NCBI RefSeq assembly: GCF_018350175.1
Contig: NC_058368.1
Location: 86,988,001 to 87,052,000, forward strand
Length of the DNA: 64,000 bases
From: Felis catus
Taxonomy: Eukaryota
Reading direction: 5' to 3'
Shown piece by piece: positions 40,290-53,762 of the stretch. The first letter of the stretch is position 1, and the number at the start of each line of letters is the position of its first letter. The notes under the pieces are model-generated. The model was not told the DNA's origin. It did not search any database and saw only the letters and a list, made by a program, of their open reading frames with translations. Position numbers and translations under genes: made by a program.

Positions 40290-41712
40290 ATTTTTAATTT
40301 ATTTCTTTTAATATACATCCAAATTGGTTAGCATATAGTGAAACAATAATTTCAGGATTAGATTTCTTAATGCCCCTTACCCATTTAGCCCACCCCCCTC
40401 CCAAACCCCTTCCCAAACCTTTGTTTGTTCTCCATATTTATGAGTCTCTTATGCTTTGTCCCCTCTCTGTTTTTTTATATTTTTGTTTCCCTTACTTTAT
40501 GCTCATCTGTTTTGTCTCTTAAAGTTCTCATATGAGCAAAGTCATATGATATTTGTCCTTCTCTGACTAATTTCACTTAGCATCATACCCTCCAGTTCCA
40601 TCCACGTAGTTGCAAATGGAAAGATTTCATTCTTTTTGATTGCTGAGTAATACTCCATTGTATATATATACCACATCTTCTTTATCCATTCATCCATCAA
40701 TGGACACTTGGGCTCTTTCCATACTTTGGATATTGTTGGTAGTGCCCCTATAAACATTGGGGTGCATGTGTCCCTGCGAAAAAGCACACCTGTATCCCTT
40801 GGATAAATACCCAGTAGTGCAATTCCTGTCTATTTTAAATTTTTTGAGGAACCTCTGTTTTCCAGAGTGGCTACACCAGCTTGCATTCACACCAGCAATA
40901 CAAAAGAGATCCTCTTTCTCTGCATCCTCGCCAACATCTGTTGTTGCCTGAGTTATTAATGTTAGCCATTCTGACAGGTGTGAGGTGGTACTTCATTGTG
41001 GTTTTGATTTGTATTTCCCTGATGATGAGTGATGTTGAGCATTTTTTCACGTTTTGGTTGGCCATCTGGATGTCTTCTTTGGAGACATGTCTATTCATGT
41101 CTTTTGCCCATTTCTTCAACGGATTATTTGTTTTTTGGGTGTTGATTTTGATAAGTTCTTTATAGACTTTGGATACCAACCCTTTATTTGATATGTCATT
41201 TGCAAATATCTTCTACCATTCTGATGGTTGCCTTTTAGTTTTGTTGATTGTTTCCTTCGCTGTGCAGAAGCTTTTTATTTTGATGAGGTCCCAATAGCTC
41301 ATTTTTGCTTTAGTTTCTGTTGCCTCTGGAGACGTGTTGAGTAAGAAGTTTCTGTGGCCAAGACCAAAGAGGTCTTTCATCCATTTTGAGTTTATTTTTA
41401 TGTATGGTGTAAGACAGTTGGTCCAGGTTCATTCTTCTGCATGTCACTGTCCAGTTTTCCCAGCACCACTTGCTAAAGAAACTGTCTTTATTCCATTGGA
41501 TATTCTTTCCTGCTTTGTCAAAGATTAATTGGCCATACATTTGTGGGTCCATTTCTGGGTTCTCTATTCTGTTGCATTCATATGAGTGTCTGTTCTGGTG
41601 CAAGTACCATATTGTCTTTATTAATACATATTTGTAGTATAGCTTGAAGCCGGGATTGTGATGCCTCCTACTTTGGTTTTCTTTTGCAAGATTGCTTTGG
41701 CTATTTGGGGTC
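40290..41712 (-). mobile_element. Younger 5'-truncated LINE-1 nested in the older L1
   Basis: Second L1 3'UTR and tail start at ~40290. Fragments [22 protein letters not shown] and CTPMFIGAL. Host resumes at ~41717. A ~50-bp deletion with GAGGT microhomology lies at ~41370. Confidence 0.85.
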
Positions 41713-44700
41713 TTTCCTAACAAGAAGTTTCCATGGCTGATGTCAACGAGGTTACTGCCTGTGTTCTTCTCTAGATTTTGGACAGTATTCTGTCTCACAT
41801 TGAGGTCTTTCATCCATTTTGAATTTATTTTTGTGTATGTATAAGAAAGTGGTCTAGTTTCATTCTTTTGCATGGTGTTGTCCAGTTTTCACAACACCGT
41901 TTGGTGAAAAGACTGTCTTTTTTCCATTGCATATTACTTTCTGCTTTGTCAAAGATGTATTGACCATATAGTGTGGGTTCGTTTCCAGGTTTTGTATTCT
42001 GCTCCAATGCTCTATGTATCTATTTTTGTGCCAGTACTATACTGTCTTAATTAGTACAGCTTTTTAATATAGATTGAAGTCTTGAATCATGATGCCTTCA
42101 GCTTTGCTTTGCTTTTTAAAGATTGTTTTGTCTATTCAGGGTGTTTTCTGGTTCCATACAAATTTTAGTATGGTTTGTGGTAGCTCTGAGAAAAATGCTG
42201 GTGGTATTTTGATAGGGATTGAATTAAAGGTATAGATTATGTTGTGTAATGTAGACATTTTAACATTTGTTCTTCCAATCCATGAGCATAGAGTTGTCTT
42301 TGAGTCAACTTCACTTTCATCAGTGTTTTATATTTTCAGAGTACATATATTTTACCTCTTTGCTTAGATTTATTTGATATCTTATGGTTTTTGGTGCAAT
42401 GGGATTGATTCCTTAATTTCTTTTTCTGCTGCTTCATTTTTGGTGTATAGAAATGAAACCTGTTTCTGTACCTTGATTTTGTATGCTATGATTTTACTGA
42501 ATTCATGCATCAGTTCTTGCAAATTTTGGTGGAGTCTTCTGGGTTTTCTACATAGAATGTCATTTGATCTGCAAATAGCTATAGTTTTATTCCTTCTTTG
42601 CTGACTTTTGTACTATTTAGCTATATTTCTTGTCTGATTTCTGTGGCTAGTACTTCCAGTAGTATATTAAATAACACTAGTTTGAGTGGACTTCCCTGCC
42701 TGTTTCCTGACTGTAAAGGTAAAGCTCTCAGTTTTTCCCCATTGAGGATGATATTATGTGAGAGTTTTTTTCATATATGGCCTTTATCATGTTGAGATAT
42801 TTTCCCTCTATCCCTACTTTGTTGAAGGTTTTTATCATGAAAGGATGTTGTACTTCGTGAAATGTTTTTTTTTCATCCATAAGAGGATCATATGGTTCAT
42901 ATATTTTCTTTCATTAATGTATTGTATCACAGTGATTGATTTGTGAATACCAAATCACACTTACATCCCAGGAAAAAATCCCAGTTGATCCTGATAAGTG
43001 GTTCTTCTAATGTACTGTTGGATTAATTTGCTAGTATTGCTGGGAATTTTTGCATCCATCTTTGTCCGGGTTATTAGCCTGGATTTATTTTTAGTGGAGT
43101 CTTTATCTGGTTTTGGTATCAAAACCAGGGAAATCTGGCCTCACAGAATGCCTTTGGAAGTTTTCCTTCCATTTACATTTTTTGGAACAGTTTGATAACT
43201 CTTCTTTAAATGTTTGGTAGAATTCACCTATGAAGCCCTCTGGCTCTGGACCTTGGTTTGCTGTGAGATTTTTTGACTACTTGTTCATTTTTTTGTTGTT
43301 GTTATTGGTTATCAGTCTGTTCAAGTTTTCTATTTCTTGCTGTTCAGATTTGGCATTTTATGTTTATATGTTTCTAGTAATTTATCCATCTTCCAGATTG
43401 TGCAATTTGTTAGCATATAGTTTTCCATACCATTCTTTTATAATTATTTGTAGTTCTGTGGTGTAGGTTGTTACTTCTCTATCATGTGTGATTTTATTTA
43501 TTTATGTCCTTTCTCTTTTCTTTTTGATAAATCTGTCTTGGGGTTTATCAATTTTATTAATTCTTTCAGAGAACCAGCTCCTGGTTTCACTGATCTACTA
43601 AGTATTTTTCTTCTATATCATTTAGTTCTGTTCTAATATTGATTACTTTCTCACTCTTTTGGCTTTAGGGTTTGTTTGTTGTTCCTTTTCTAGTTCCTGT
43701 AGGTGAAAGGTTAGGTTGTTTATTTGAGATTTTTTTCTTCCTTCTTGAGATAAACCTATATTGCTATATATACTTCTCTCTTAGAACCACTTATTCTCCA
43801 TTTTCCAAGGTTTTGGACCACTGTGTTTTCATTTTCATTTGTTTCCATGTTTTTTTTATTTCTTCTTTAATTTCCTGTTTGAATAATTCATTGTTTAGTA
43901 CCATTTTATTTAATCTCCATGTATTTGTGGTCTTTCCCATTTTTTTCTTGTGGTTGACCTCAAGTTTCATAGTGTTGTAGTCAGAAAATATGCATGGTAT
44001 GATATCGATCTTTTTGCACCTTTGAGATCTGATTTGTGACCTAGCATGTGATCTATTATGCCAAATATCCCATGTACACTTGAAAATAATGTGTATTCCT
44101 CTGTTTTTGGAATAAACATTCTAAATATATCTGTTAAGTCTATCTGGTCCAGTGTGTCACTCAAAGTCATTGTTTCCTTGTTGATTTTCTTCGTAGATGA
44201 TCTGTCCATTGTAAGTAGGTATTAAAGTCGTCTAATATTATTGTGTTATTATCAATGAGTTACTTTTGTATGTTGTTGTTTCATATATTTGGATTCTTCT
44301 AAGTGAGGCTGATAAATATTTATTATTATTAGATCTTCTTTTTTGGATTGTCCCCTTTATTATGATATAGTGCCCTTCTTCATCTCTTGTTACAGTCTTT
44401 ATTTTAAAGTCTAGTTTCTGCAATATAAGAATTGCTAGTCTGGCTTTCTTCTGACAACCATTTGCTTGACAAACATTTCTCCCTCTGCTTACTTTCAATC
44501 TACAGGTATTTTTAGGTCTAAAATGAGTCTCATGAAGGGAAAGTATAGATGATTGTTGCTTTTCTTATCCATTCTGAGATCCTATGTCTTTTGTTTGGAG
44601 TGTTTAATCCACTTATATTCAGGTTATTGATAGATATGAATTTAGCGCCATTTTATTACTTGTATTGCCATTGTTTCTGGAGATTTTATCTGTTCCTTTC

Positions 44701-45027
44701 TTATCTTTGTCACTTTTGATCACTCAAAGAGTCCCTTTTAATATTTCTTGCAGCGATGGTTTAATGGTCACAAATTCCTTTAGTTTTTGTTTATCTGGGA
44801 AACTCTTTATCTATTATTATGTTTTGAATAATAGTCTTGCTGGATGGAGTATTCTTGGCTCCAGATATTTTCCATTTGACAGTTTGAATATATCATGCCA
44901 TTCACTACCGGCTTGGCAGGTTTATGTAGGGAGATCTGGAGGTAGCTTTGTGGGTCTTCCTCTGTAAGTTAAGGACTTCTTTTATTTTTCTACTTCTATT
45001 TTTTTTTCTTTATCAGTGTTTTCCAAT

Positions 45028-45467
45028 CCAAATGAAAGAACAAGAAAAGGTCACAGCAGGGATCTAATTAAAACAAGTATAAGTAATATGCTGAATCCAT
45101 AATTTAAAGCAACAATAATAAGGAGACTAGCTGAACTTATGAAAAGCATAGAAGACATCAAGGATATCCTTATTGCAGAGATAAAAGAGCTTAAAACCAA
45201 TCAGGCCTAAATGGAAAAAAAATGCAATAACTGAGATTCAAAGCCAACGAATTATAATGACCACAAGGATGGAAGTAGCACGGAAGGAATAAGTGATATA
45301 GATATAGAATTATGAAAAATAATGAAACTGACAAAAGAGGGAAAGAAAAGTCTTAGATCATGAAAGTAGATTTAGAAAACTCAATGACTCCATGAAATGT
45401 AATAACATTCATATCATAGCAGTTCCAGAAGAAGAAGAAAGAGAAAAGGGGTCAGAAGGTTTATTTG
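45028..45467 (+). mobile_element. Plus-strand L1 ORF1 N-terminal fragment embedded in minus-strand ORF1
   Basis: CAAATGAAAGAACAAGAAAAGGTCACAGC...GAAGAAGAAAGAGAAAAGGGG matches ORF1 at ~26910-27330. Flanks are minus-strand ORF1. Confidence 0.8.
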
Positions 45468-45964
45468 TTGGCCTGCTTTGTTGATTTTTATGGGAGTTCT
45501 CTGTATCTTCTGGATATGTATATCTGTTTTTCCCCCTAGATTAGAGAAGTTTACAGCTATTTTTTCCTCAAATAAATTTTCTGTCCCCTTTTCTCTATTT
45601 TGCTTCTTAGACTCCTATAATATGTGTTATTACATTTGATGGAGTCTCTGAGTTCCCTAAATTTATTCTTGTAATCCATAATTATTCTTTCTCTCTTTTG
45701 ATCAGCTTCATTATTTTTCACTATTTTGTCTTCTATATCACTTACATGTTCCTCCACTTTTTCCAGGTTTGTGTTCATTGCATCAAGCCTGTTTTCAATC
45801 TTGGTTATTGCACTTCTCATTTTTGACTGACTCATTTTTAACTCTTTTTATCTCTGTGATAATGGTTTCCCTGAAGTCTTCCATTCTGTTTTCAAGTCCA
45901 GCAAGTTTCCTTATAATTGTTGCTTTAAGTTATCTGACAGGCATGTTACTTATATCTATTTCTT

Positions 45965-45985
45965 TTTTAAAGTTAGTTAGTTTGT

Positions 45986-46020
<35 letters not shown>

Positions 46021-46210
46021 TTTTAGGAGAGAGTGAAGGAACATGAGCTGGGAAGGGGCAGAAAGAGAGGGAGAGAAAGAGAACCCCAAGCAAGCTCTAC
46101 ACTGACACTGAAGAGCCCAATGTGGGACTTGAACTCATGAACCATGAGATCATGATCTGAGCCAAAATCAAGAGTTGGATGCTTAACCGACTGAGCCATG
46201 CAGGCATCCC
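45965..46210 (-). mobile_element. Carnivore SINE with (TTTA)n tail
   Basis: Head at ~46210 on the minus strand. Confidence 0.9.
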
Positions 46211-46789
46211 TCTATGATTCTTTTAGATCTCTGGTTGTGTCCATATCTTGTTCTTTTATTTTGTGCCTCTTTCTTGGCACTTTGTTTAAGTCTCTGCCTT
46301 CTGTATGTTTTTAAAGCCCATTATGTCTCCTGCTCTTGAGAGTAATGGCCTCATAAAGAAGAGGTCATATAGTGCTAGGGCCTGGTGCTTCAGGGAGTGT
46401 GTCTGGTGTGTGCTGTGAGTGCTCTGCTACTCTGTTTTGGCTGCACTGTCCTTCAGGTCTGTCATGTGCATAGGCTTTCCTTGACTGCAATGGTCAGTTT
46501 TTGATCCTTGGTCAGACAGCATTGAGTTTTAACTAAGTGTTCTATGGTCTGCTTGTTAAATGAGACCCGATACTACTTCCACTAGAACTAAAGCCTTGCA
46601 GAACTCTCATGTTGGGAGACAAGGTGTGTGCAAGGGTCTTTGCTGGTCTTTTGGGTGAGAGACCTGTGGCATTGGGACTGAGGCAAGCTTGACAGAGAAA
46701 TACAGTCCTGTCAGGTCACAATGTTGTGCAACTTGGTGTAAGCTAGTTAGGCAGTGAGTGTTGTCACTGCAATGCACAGTTTTTGTTCT

Positions 46790-47007
46790 TTTTTTAATTT
46801 TTTTCTTAATGTTTTTATTTATTTTTGAGACAGAGAGAGACAGAGCATGAGCAGGGGAGGGGCAGAGAGGGAGACACAGAATCCGAAGCAGGCTCTAGGC
46901 TCTGAGCCATCAGCACAGAGCCTGATGTGTGGCTCGAACTCAGAGACCGTGAGATCATGACCTGAGCAGAAGTCAGACGCTCAACCCACTGAGCCACCCA
47001 GGTGCCC
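46790..47007 (-). mobile_element. Carnivore SINE
   Basis: TSD CACAGTTTTTGTT at 46775-46787 and ~47008-47020. Confidence 0.95.
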
Positions 47008-49085
47008 CACAGTTTTTGTTTTAAATTCTACCTTGTCTGATATACATATTGGTACTCAAGTTTTTTTTTTTTTAATTTGTTTTTGTATTAGAAATTTCTC
47101 CAACCCCTCACTATCAATCTGCAGTTGACTTTGTGTATAAAATTGGTCTCTTGTAGACAATATATAGATGGGTCCTGGTTTTTTATCCATTCTGTCATCT
47201 TATGTCTTTTGATTGGAGTATTTATTTACATTCAAAGTAATATTGATAGGTATGTATGTATTGCCAATTTATTATTTGCTTTATGGGTTTTTTTTCCTGA
47301 AGATTTTCTCTGATCCTCTCTTGTCCTTATCTCTTTCATGATTTGCAGAATTTCTTTAGTAATATATTTGGATTTATTGTTCTTTATTCTTTGAATATTG
47401 ATTAGTGGTTTTTGATATATGGATACTATTAAGTTTGAATATAACTTCTTCTTCATATAGCAGTCTATGTTAACTTGATGGTCATTTAAGTTTGAACCCA
47501 TTCCTTTCTTCTTCTTCCACATTTTAAGTCTGTGTTCTTATATTTTATATCCTTTTTTGTGAGTTGCTCTACTGATATTTTAAAGTAATATTCATTTTTA
47601 CTGCTTTTGTTTTCTTACCTTCACAATGCCATTTTTGGTGTCTCTTTTCCATTCAAAGTGTCCCTTTTAATATTTCTTGAAGGACTGGTTTAGTGTTTAT
47701 AAACTCCTTTAGTTTTTGTTTTAATTGGAAACTCTTTATCTCTCCTTGTATCCTGAACGGTAGCCTTACTGGATAGAGTATTCTTGGCTGCAGATTTTTC
47801 CCATTCAGCACTTTGAATATATCATGTCACTCCCTTCTGGCTTGCAAAATTTTATTTGAAAAATCTCCTGTTAGTCTTATGGGTTTTCCATTGTAAGTTA
47901 CTTCTTGTCTTGGTGCTTTTAATATTTTTCTTTAACACCATATGTTGTCAATTTAATTACAATATGTATCACAGTGGATCTGCTTTTGCTGAATTTGATG
48001 GGTTTCTATCCCCCCTGGATCTGGATATGTTTTCTTACCCTGATATGGGAAGTTTTAAGCTGTTATTTCTTCAAATAAAGTTTCTTACTCCTTTTATTTC
48101 TTCTTCTTCTTCTTCTTCTTCTTCTTCTTCTTCTTCTTCTTCTTCAGAGACTACTATAATTTGAATGTTATTACATTTGACAGTCTCAGAGTTCCCTAAG
48201 TCTATTTTCATAATTATTTTCATTTTATTCAGCTTGATTACTATCCATTACTGTCTTCTAGGTCACTAATTATTTCCTTTGCTTCTTCCATAATGCTATT
48301 CATTCTATGAAGTGTATGTGTCATTTTGTTTAGTGTACTTTTTCTCTCTGCTATGTTTTTCCTTATATATGTGTTAAGGATCTCACCCATGTCTTCCACT
48401 CTTTTCTCAAGTCCAGTGGGTACCCTTATGAATATTGCTTTAAATTCTCTATCAGCCATGTTACTTATATATATTTCACTTAGATCTCTGACTGTGGCCT
48501 TGTCCTATTCTTTCATTTGGGATATATTTCTCTGTCTGTTTCTCTGTGTTTGTTTCTGTGTGTTAAGAAATTCAGCTGTGTCTTATGCTCTTGAAAGTAC
48601 TTTATGAAGAAAAGGTCCTGGATTGTTATGCAGTGCTGTGTCCCCTGTTCACCAGAATCTGACATTCAGGAGAGTATTCTATAGGTGTTGCTTATGCTCT
48701 GGTTTTGTATCTGAGTCACTTTTCATTTGGAGTCATCTGCATTGACCCTCTGCCTGTTATGGGCTATAATTTCTCTCTGTTGTGTTAGTGGCAGAGAGTT
48801 TGGATGCAAGAAAACCAGCTCTGAGGGGGCACACCTACCAGGGAACTTGAGAGTGAGGTGCAGTATTAGCTAAATATTCACTGAATTACCAGTCCTATGT
48901 TTTATCTTTCAAATTACTGTGGTGGCTGGGGGTTGCATAAGGGGTGTGGAGAGTGGGATGCTGGGTGCAGCTGGGTCCTGTGTAACAGTGGCTGAACTGT
49001 ACACCTGGGTATGGTGTGCTATGACTCCTGGGGGTGCACAGATGGACACAACATGCATTAGGTCCTGGAGGTGTGTGGCTGTATC
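47008..49085 (-). mobile_element. LINE-1 5' part (5'UTR, ORF1, start of endonuclease), inverted relative to the adjacent 3' part
   Basis: ORF1 fragment MADREFKAIFIRVPTGLEKRVEDM; ORF2 start LAIHTYLSI; (TTC)n at ~48097-48144. Confidence 0.85.
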
Positions 49086-50403
49086 ATGAATCTTTTTCAA
49101 CAATGCTATGAAACTAGATATCAATCACAAGAAAAATATCTGGAAGAATCACAAATACAGAGGGGCTAAAAAAATGTTACTAAACAATGAATAAGTCAAT
49201 GAATAAATTAAGAAGGAAATTAAAAAATGCATAGAAAAAAAACAAAAATGAAAACATAAAATTTCAAAATCTTTGAGATGTAGCAAAAGTTGTTCTTAAA
49301 GGGAAAAGTATCATACTATTGGCCTACCTCAAGTAACAAGAAAAATCTCAAATAAGCAAGCTAAATTTATATCCAAAGGTGGTATGGAAAACAGACTAAA
49401 ATAGTAGGTGAAAGGAAATAATAAAGTTTAGAGCAGAAAAAAAATTAAATAAAAACTAAAATCACAATAGAACAGATCAATGAAACCAGGAGGTTGTTCT
49501 TTGAAACCATCAATGAAATTCATAAACCTTTTGATAATCCATACTCAAAAGAGCATGCAACTCCTCTCAAAGGAGATGCAACTTAAGTAAATAAAATCAG
49601 AAATGAAGGAGGAAAAATATCACCTAACATCACAAAACACAATGGATTATAAGATAGTAATAGGAAAGAACATGTACCAGCATATTGGACAATATAGAAT
49701 AAATGGATAAATTCCTAGAAACATAAAAACTTCCAAAATTTAATCAGGAAGAAACAGAAGATTCAAACAGATTTATTACTAGCAATGAAGTTGAATTAGT
49801 ATCAAAACACTCCCAACAAAAAAAGTCCAGGACCAAAAGGCTACAGATGTGAATTCTAATAAACATTTAAAGAAGAGTTAATACCTATTTTTCTCAGACT
49901 ATTTCAAAAACTAAAAGAGGTACAAAAGCTTTCAAATTAATTCTATTAGGCCAGCAGACCGTAAAGCCAAAACCAATAAAGACACTTAAAAAAACTCTAC
50001 ACATGAATATTGCTAACAAATATAGATGCAAAAATTTCAACAAAATATTAGCCAACCAAATCCAATAATACATTAAAAAATAATTCACCACAGTCAAGTA
50101 GAATTTATCCCAAGGTTGTGAGTATGTTTCAATATTTGCAAATCAATGTTAATTAACAAGAGACAAGATAAAGCCCACGTGATCATTTCAATAGATGCAT
50201 TGAAAGCATTTGGCAAAATGCAACATCCTTTCATGATAGCAACTCTCAACAAATTAGTTTAGAGAGAACATGCCTCAACATAAAAAAGGCCATGTATGAA
50301 AAACCCACAGCAATATAATAGTCAATGGTTAAAAACTGAAAGCTTTGCCTCTAAGATTAAGACACAAAACTGAAAGCTTTGCCTCTAAGAATAAGACACA
50401 AAT

Positions 50404-50685
50404 ACCATATTATTTCACTCATACATGGAATTTAAGAAACAAAACAGATGAACATAGGGGAAGGGAAGAAGAGAGAGGGAAGCAAACCATAAGATGCCCT
50501 TAACTTTAGGGAAGAAACTGAGTGCTGATGGAGGGAGGTGGGCGGGGAATGGGCTAAATGAGTATTAAGCAGTGATGGGTATTACATGTAAGTGATGAAT
50601 CACTAAATTCTACACCTGAAACCAATTTTACCACATATGTTAAGTAACTAGAATTTAAATAAAAACTTTAAATAAATAAAATAAC
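50404..50685 (+). mobile_element. Short L1 3'UTR insertion within L1 ORF2
   Basis: TSD AATAAGACACAAAT at 50390-50403 and 50686-50699. Confidence 0.8.
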
Positions 50686-52049
50686 AATAAGACACAAATG
50701 TCCAGTCTCACCACTTATAAAACTTGGTACTGGAAGGCCTAGCCACAGTAATCAGGCAAGTAAAAGACATGAAAAGCATCCTCATTCATAAAGAAGAAGT
50801 ATAACTTTTACTATTTGCATATGACAAGACACTATATATAGGAAACCTTAAAGACTCCACCAAAAATCTTATAGAACTGATAAAGGAATTCAGTAAAGTC
50901 ACAGGCTACAAAATTAATATACAAAAATGTGTTGTATTTATATATACTAATAATGAAGTAGCAGAAAGACAAATTAATAAAACAATTCCTTTTGAATTGC
51001 ACTAAAAGGAATAAAATACCTAGGAATAAACTTAACTAAAGAGATGAAATACCTGTACTCAGAAAACTATGAAACATTGATGAAATTGAAGATAACACCA
51101 ACAAATGGAAAAATATTCCATGCTCATGAACTGAAGTAATCAATATTTCTAAAATGTCCATAATACCTAAAGCAATCTACAGACTGAATGAAATCCCCAT
51201 CAAAATACCAACAACAGTGTTTACAGAACTAGAACTAAACTGAAATTTGCATGGAACCACAAAAGACCTCAAATAGGCAAAGCAATCCTGCAGAATTAAA
51301 ATAAAATAATAAAATAAATACGAAAACTGGAGGTATTATCATCCCAGATTTCAAGGTAGAGCAATCAAAATAGCATGATACTGGCACAAAAGTAGACATA
51401 TAGATCAACAGAACAGAATAGAGATCCCAGAAGTAAACCCACACATAGGTGGTCAATTAATCTACCAACAAAGGATGCAAGAATATAAAATTGGGAAACG
51501 ACAGCATTTTCAACAAATGGTGTTGGGGAAACTGGACAGCAACATGCAAAATAATGAAATTGGACCACTTTCTTACACCATAGTCAACAATAAACTCAAA
51601 ATGTATTAGAGACCTAACAATGATACCTGAAATCATAGAACTCCTAGAAGAGAACATTAGGCAGTAATTTACTTGACATCAGCTATGTAAATAGTTTTCT
51701 CTATGTCTCCTGAGGTAAGGGAAACAAAAGCAAAACTAAATTATTAGGATGTCTTTAAAATAAAAACCTTTTGCACAATGAAGGAAACCATTAATTAAAA
51801 AGGCAACATACTGAATGGGAGGAGATATTTGCAAATGATATTTCCAATAAAGGGTTAGTATCCAAAATGTATAAATAACTTATACAAATCAACACCAACA
51901 ATAATCATCAACATCATCATCTGGTTAAAAAATGGACAGAAGTCATGAATATGCATTTTTCCAGAGAAGACATACAGATGCCCGAAAGACACATGAAAAG
52001 AGACCCAACATCACTAATCATCAGGAAAATGAAAATGAAAGCCACAATG

Positions 52050-52272
52050 AGGAGTGCCTGGGTGGTTCAGTTAGTTAAGCATTGTACTCTTGATTTTGTG
52101 TCAGGTTATGATCTCATGATCAGAGGATCAAGCCCCTTATTGGGCTTCACACTGAGCATGGAGCTTGCTTAAGATTCTCTCTCTCTCTCTCTCTCTCTCC
52201 CTCCCTCTGCTTCTCTTTCCCTCTTTCTTTCTCTCTCTCTCTCTCAAAGTAAATAAACATTAAAAAAAGAAA
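52050..52272 (+). mobile_element. Carnivore SINE
   Basis: Head, (CT)n and A-tail. TSD ending CACAATGA. Confidence 0.9.
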
Positions 52273-52619
52273 GAAAATCACAATGAAATATAACCTCACA
52301 CCTGTCATAATGCCTAAATCAGAAACACAATAAACAAATGTTGGTGAGAATGTTGAGAAAAAGGAACACTCATGCACTATTGGAGGGAATGAAAATTGGC
52401 ACAGTCACTGTGGAAAACAGTATGGAAATTGTGCAAGACATCAAAAATAGAATAACCATGTGATCCAGCAATACCACTGTTGGATATTTGCCCAAAGAAA
52501 ACAAAAATGCTAATTTGAAAAAAATATATGTATTTCTATGTTTGTTGCAGCACCATTTACAATAGCCACAATATAGAATCAGTTCAAGTTTCCACTGATA
52601 GGTGAATGGAGAAAGATGT

Positions 52620-52652
<33 letters not shown>

Positions 52653-53548
52653 TGGAATACTACACAGTCATACACAATAAGAAGATTTTGCCATTTACAA
52701 TGGCATGGATGAACCTTGAGGGTACAATGCTAAGTGAAATATATCAGTCAGAGAAAAACAAATACTATGTGATTTTGTACATATGTAGAATTTAAGAAAC
52801 AAAGGAAATGAAGAAGCAGAAAAAAAAGAGACAAACAACAACAACAAAAACATGGACTCTTAAATATAGTAAACAAATTGATGGTTGCCAGAGGGATAAT
52901 GGGTGGGATGATGTGAGAATTAGATAAAAAGGATTAAGAGTACACTTATCCTGATGTAATCTATAGAATTGCTGAATACTATATACCCAAAATAATGTAA
53001 TGCATTATGTTAATCATACTTCAATTAAAAAAAAACACAAAGGGATAGAATCCAGGTAGAGCTTATCATTCTAATTATGCCTCTGCTTCTGAACAGTTAA
53101 AAGTGATAATTTATTCCCTGACTTCCTATTCTTTACTTGAAATTATTATCACATTTGGACATACAGGATTCTACCACAAAATTCTTCCTCATCTCACTGA
53201 ATTCATGTATCTATTTTGATGCATGTTTGAACCCACAGCATTTTTGCAAGCTATAGACCATACAACAAATGTTTGCTACAATTCAGTGAAATAGTGTTTA
53301 CAAAAAATTCAGTGAAATAGTGTATTTACCAAAAATTTCCAAGAATCAAGATGCAAAAGTTACTCCTTTCCAGAAAAGAAATGTTATAAGCAAAGGCCAT
53401 TTAAAGTGAATTCTTGGAGGGGGGTGGGGACATGGAAATAAGTGTTATAGCATAAACAACAAAAAGAAGTTGATTAAACTTTCATCTGGAAAATATATCT
53501 CCAAATTATGAAAATATGCTTTTACATATAAAAATGTAGAGTTATGCT

Positions 53549-53762
53549 GGGGCGCCTGGGTGGCGCAGTCGGTTAAGCGTCCGACTTCACCCAGGTCACG
53601 ATCTCGCGGTCCGTGAGTTCGAGCCCCGCGTCGGGCTCTGGGCTGATGGCTCAGAGCCTGGAGCCTGTTTCCGATTCTGTGTCTCCCTCTCTCTCTGCCT
53701 CTCCCCCATTCATGCTCTGTCTCTCTCTGTCCAAAAAATAAACGTTGAAAAAACAATTTAAA
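53549..53762 (+). mobile_element. Young felid SINE (CpG-rich)
   Basis: GGGGCGCCTGGGTGGCGCAGTCGGTTAAGCG head. Perfect 19-bp TSD AAAAATGTAGAGTTATGCT (53530-53548, 53763-53781). Confidence 0.97.

Larger units (their letters stand above)
39570..46770 (-). mobile_element. Long degenerate LINE-1 (ORF2, ORF1, part of 5'UTR)
   Basis: Fragments DTLDQIDLTDIFR, KLDFKIKTVTRDEEGHYIIIKG and ORF1 VEEHVSDIEDKI. Confidence 0.9.
49086..53035 (+). mobile_element. LINE-1 3' part (end of endonuclease through 3'UTR and A-tail), degenerate
   Basis: Begins at CAATGCTATGAAACTAGATATCAATCACAAG. Continuous ORF2-like sequence to the tail at ~53025-53035. Confidence 0.9.

Noticed and set aside
53549..53640. tRNA genes at SINE heads
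   Set aside because: The tRNA-like A/B boxes belong to carnivore SINEs, which are followed by a CT tract, A-tail and TSD.
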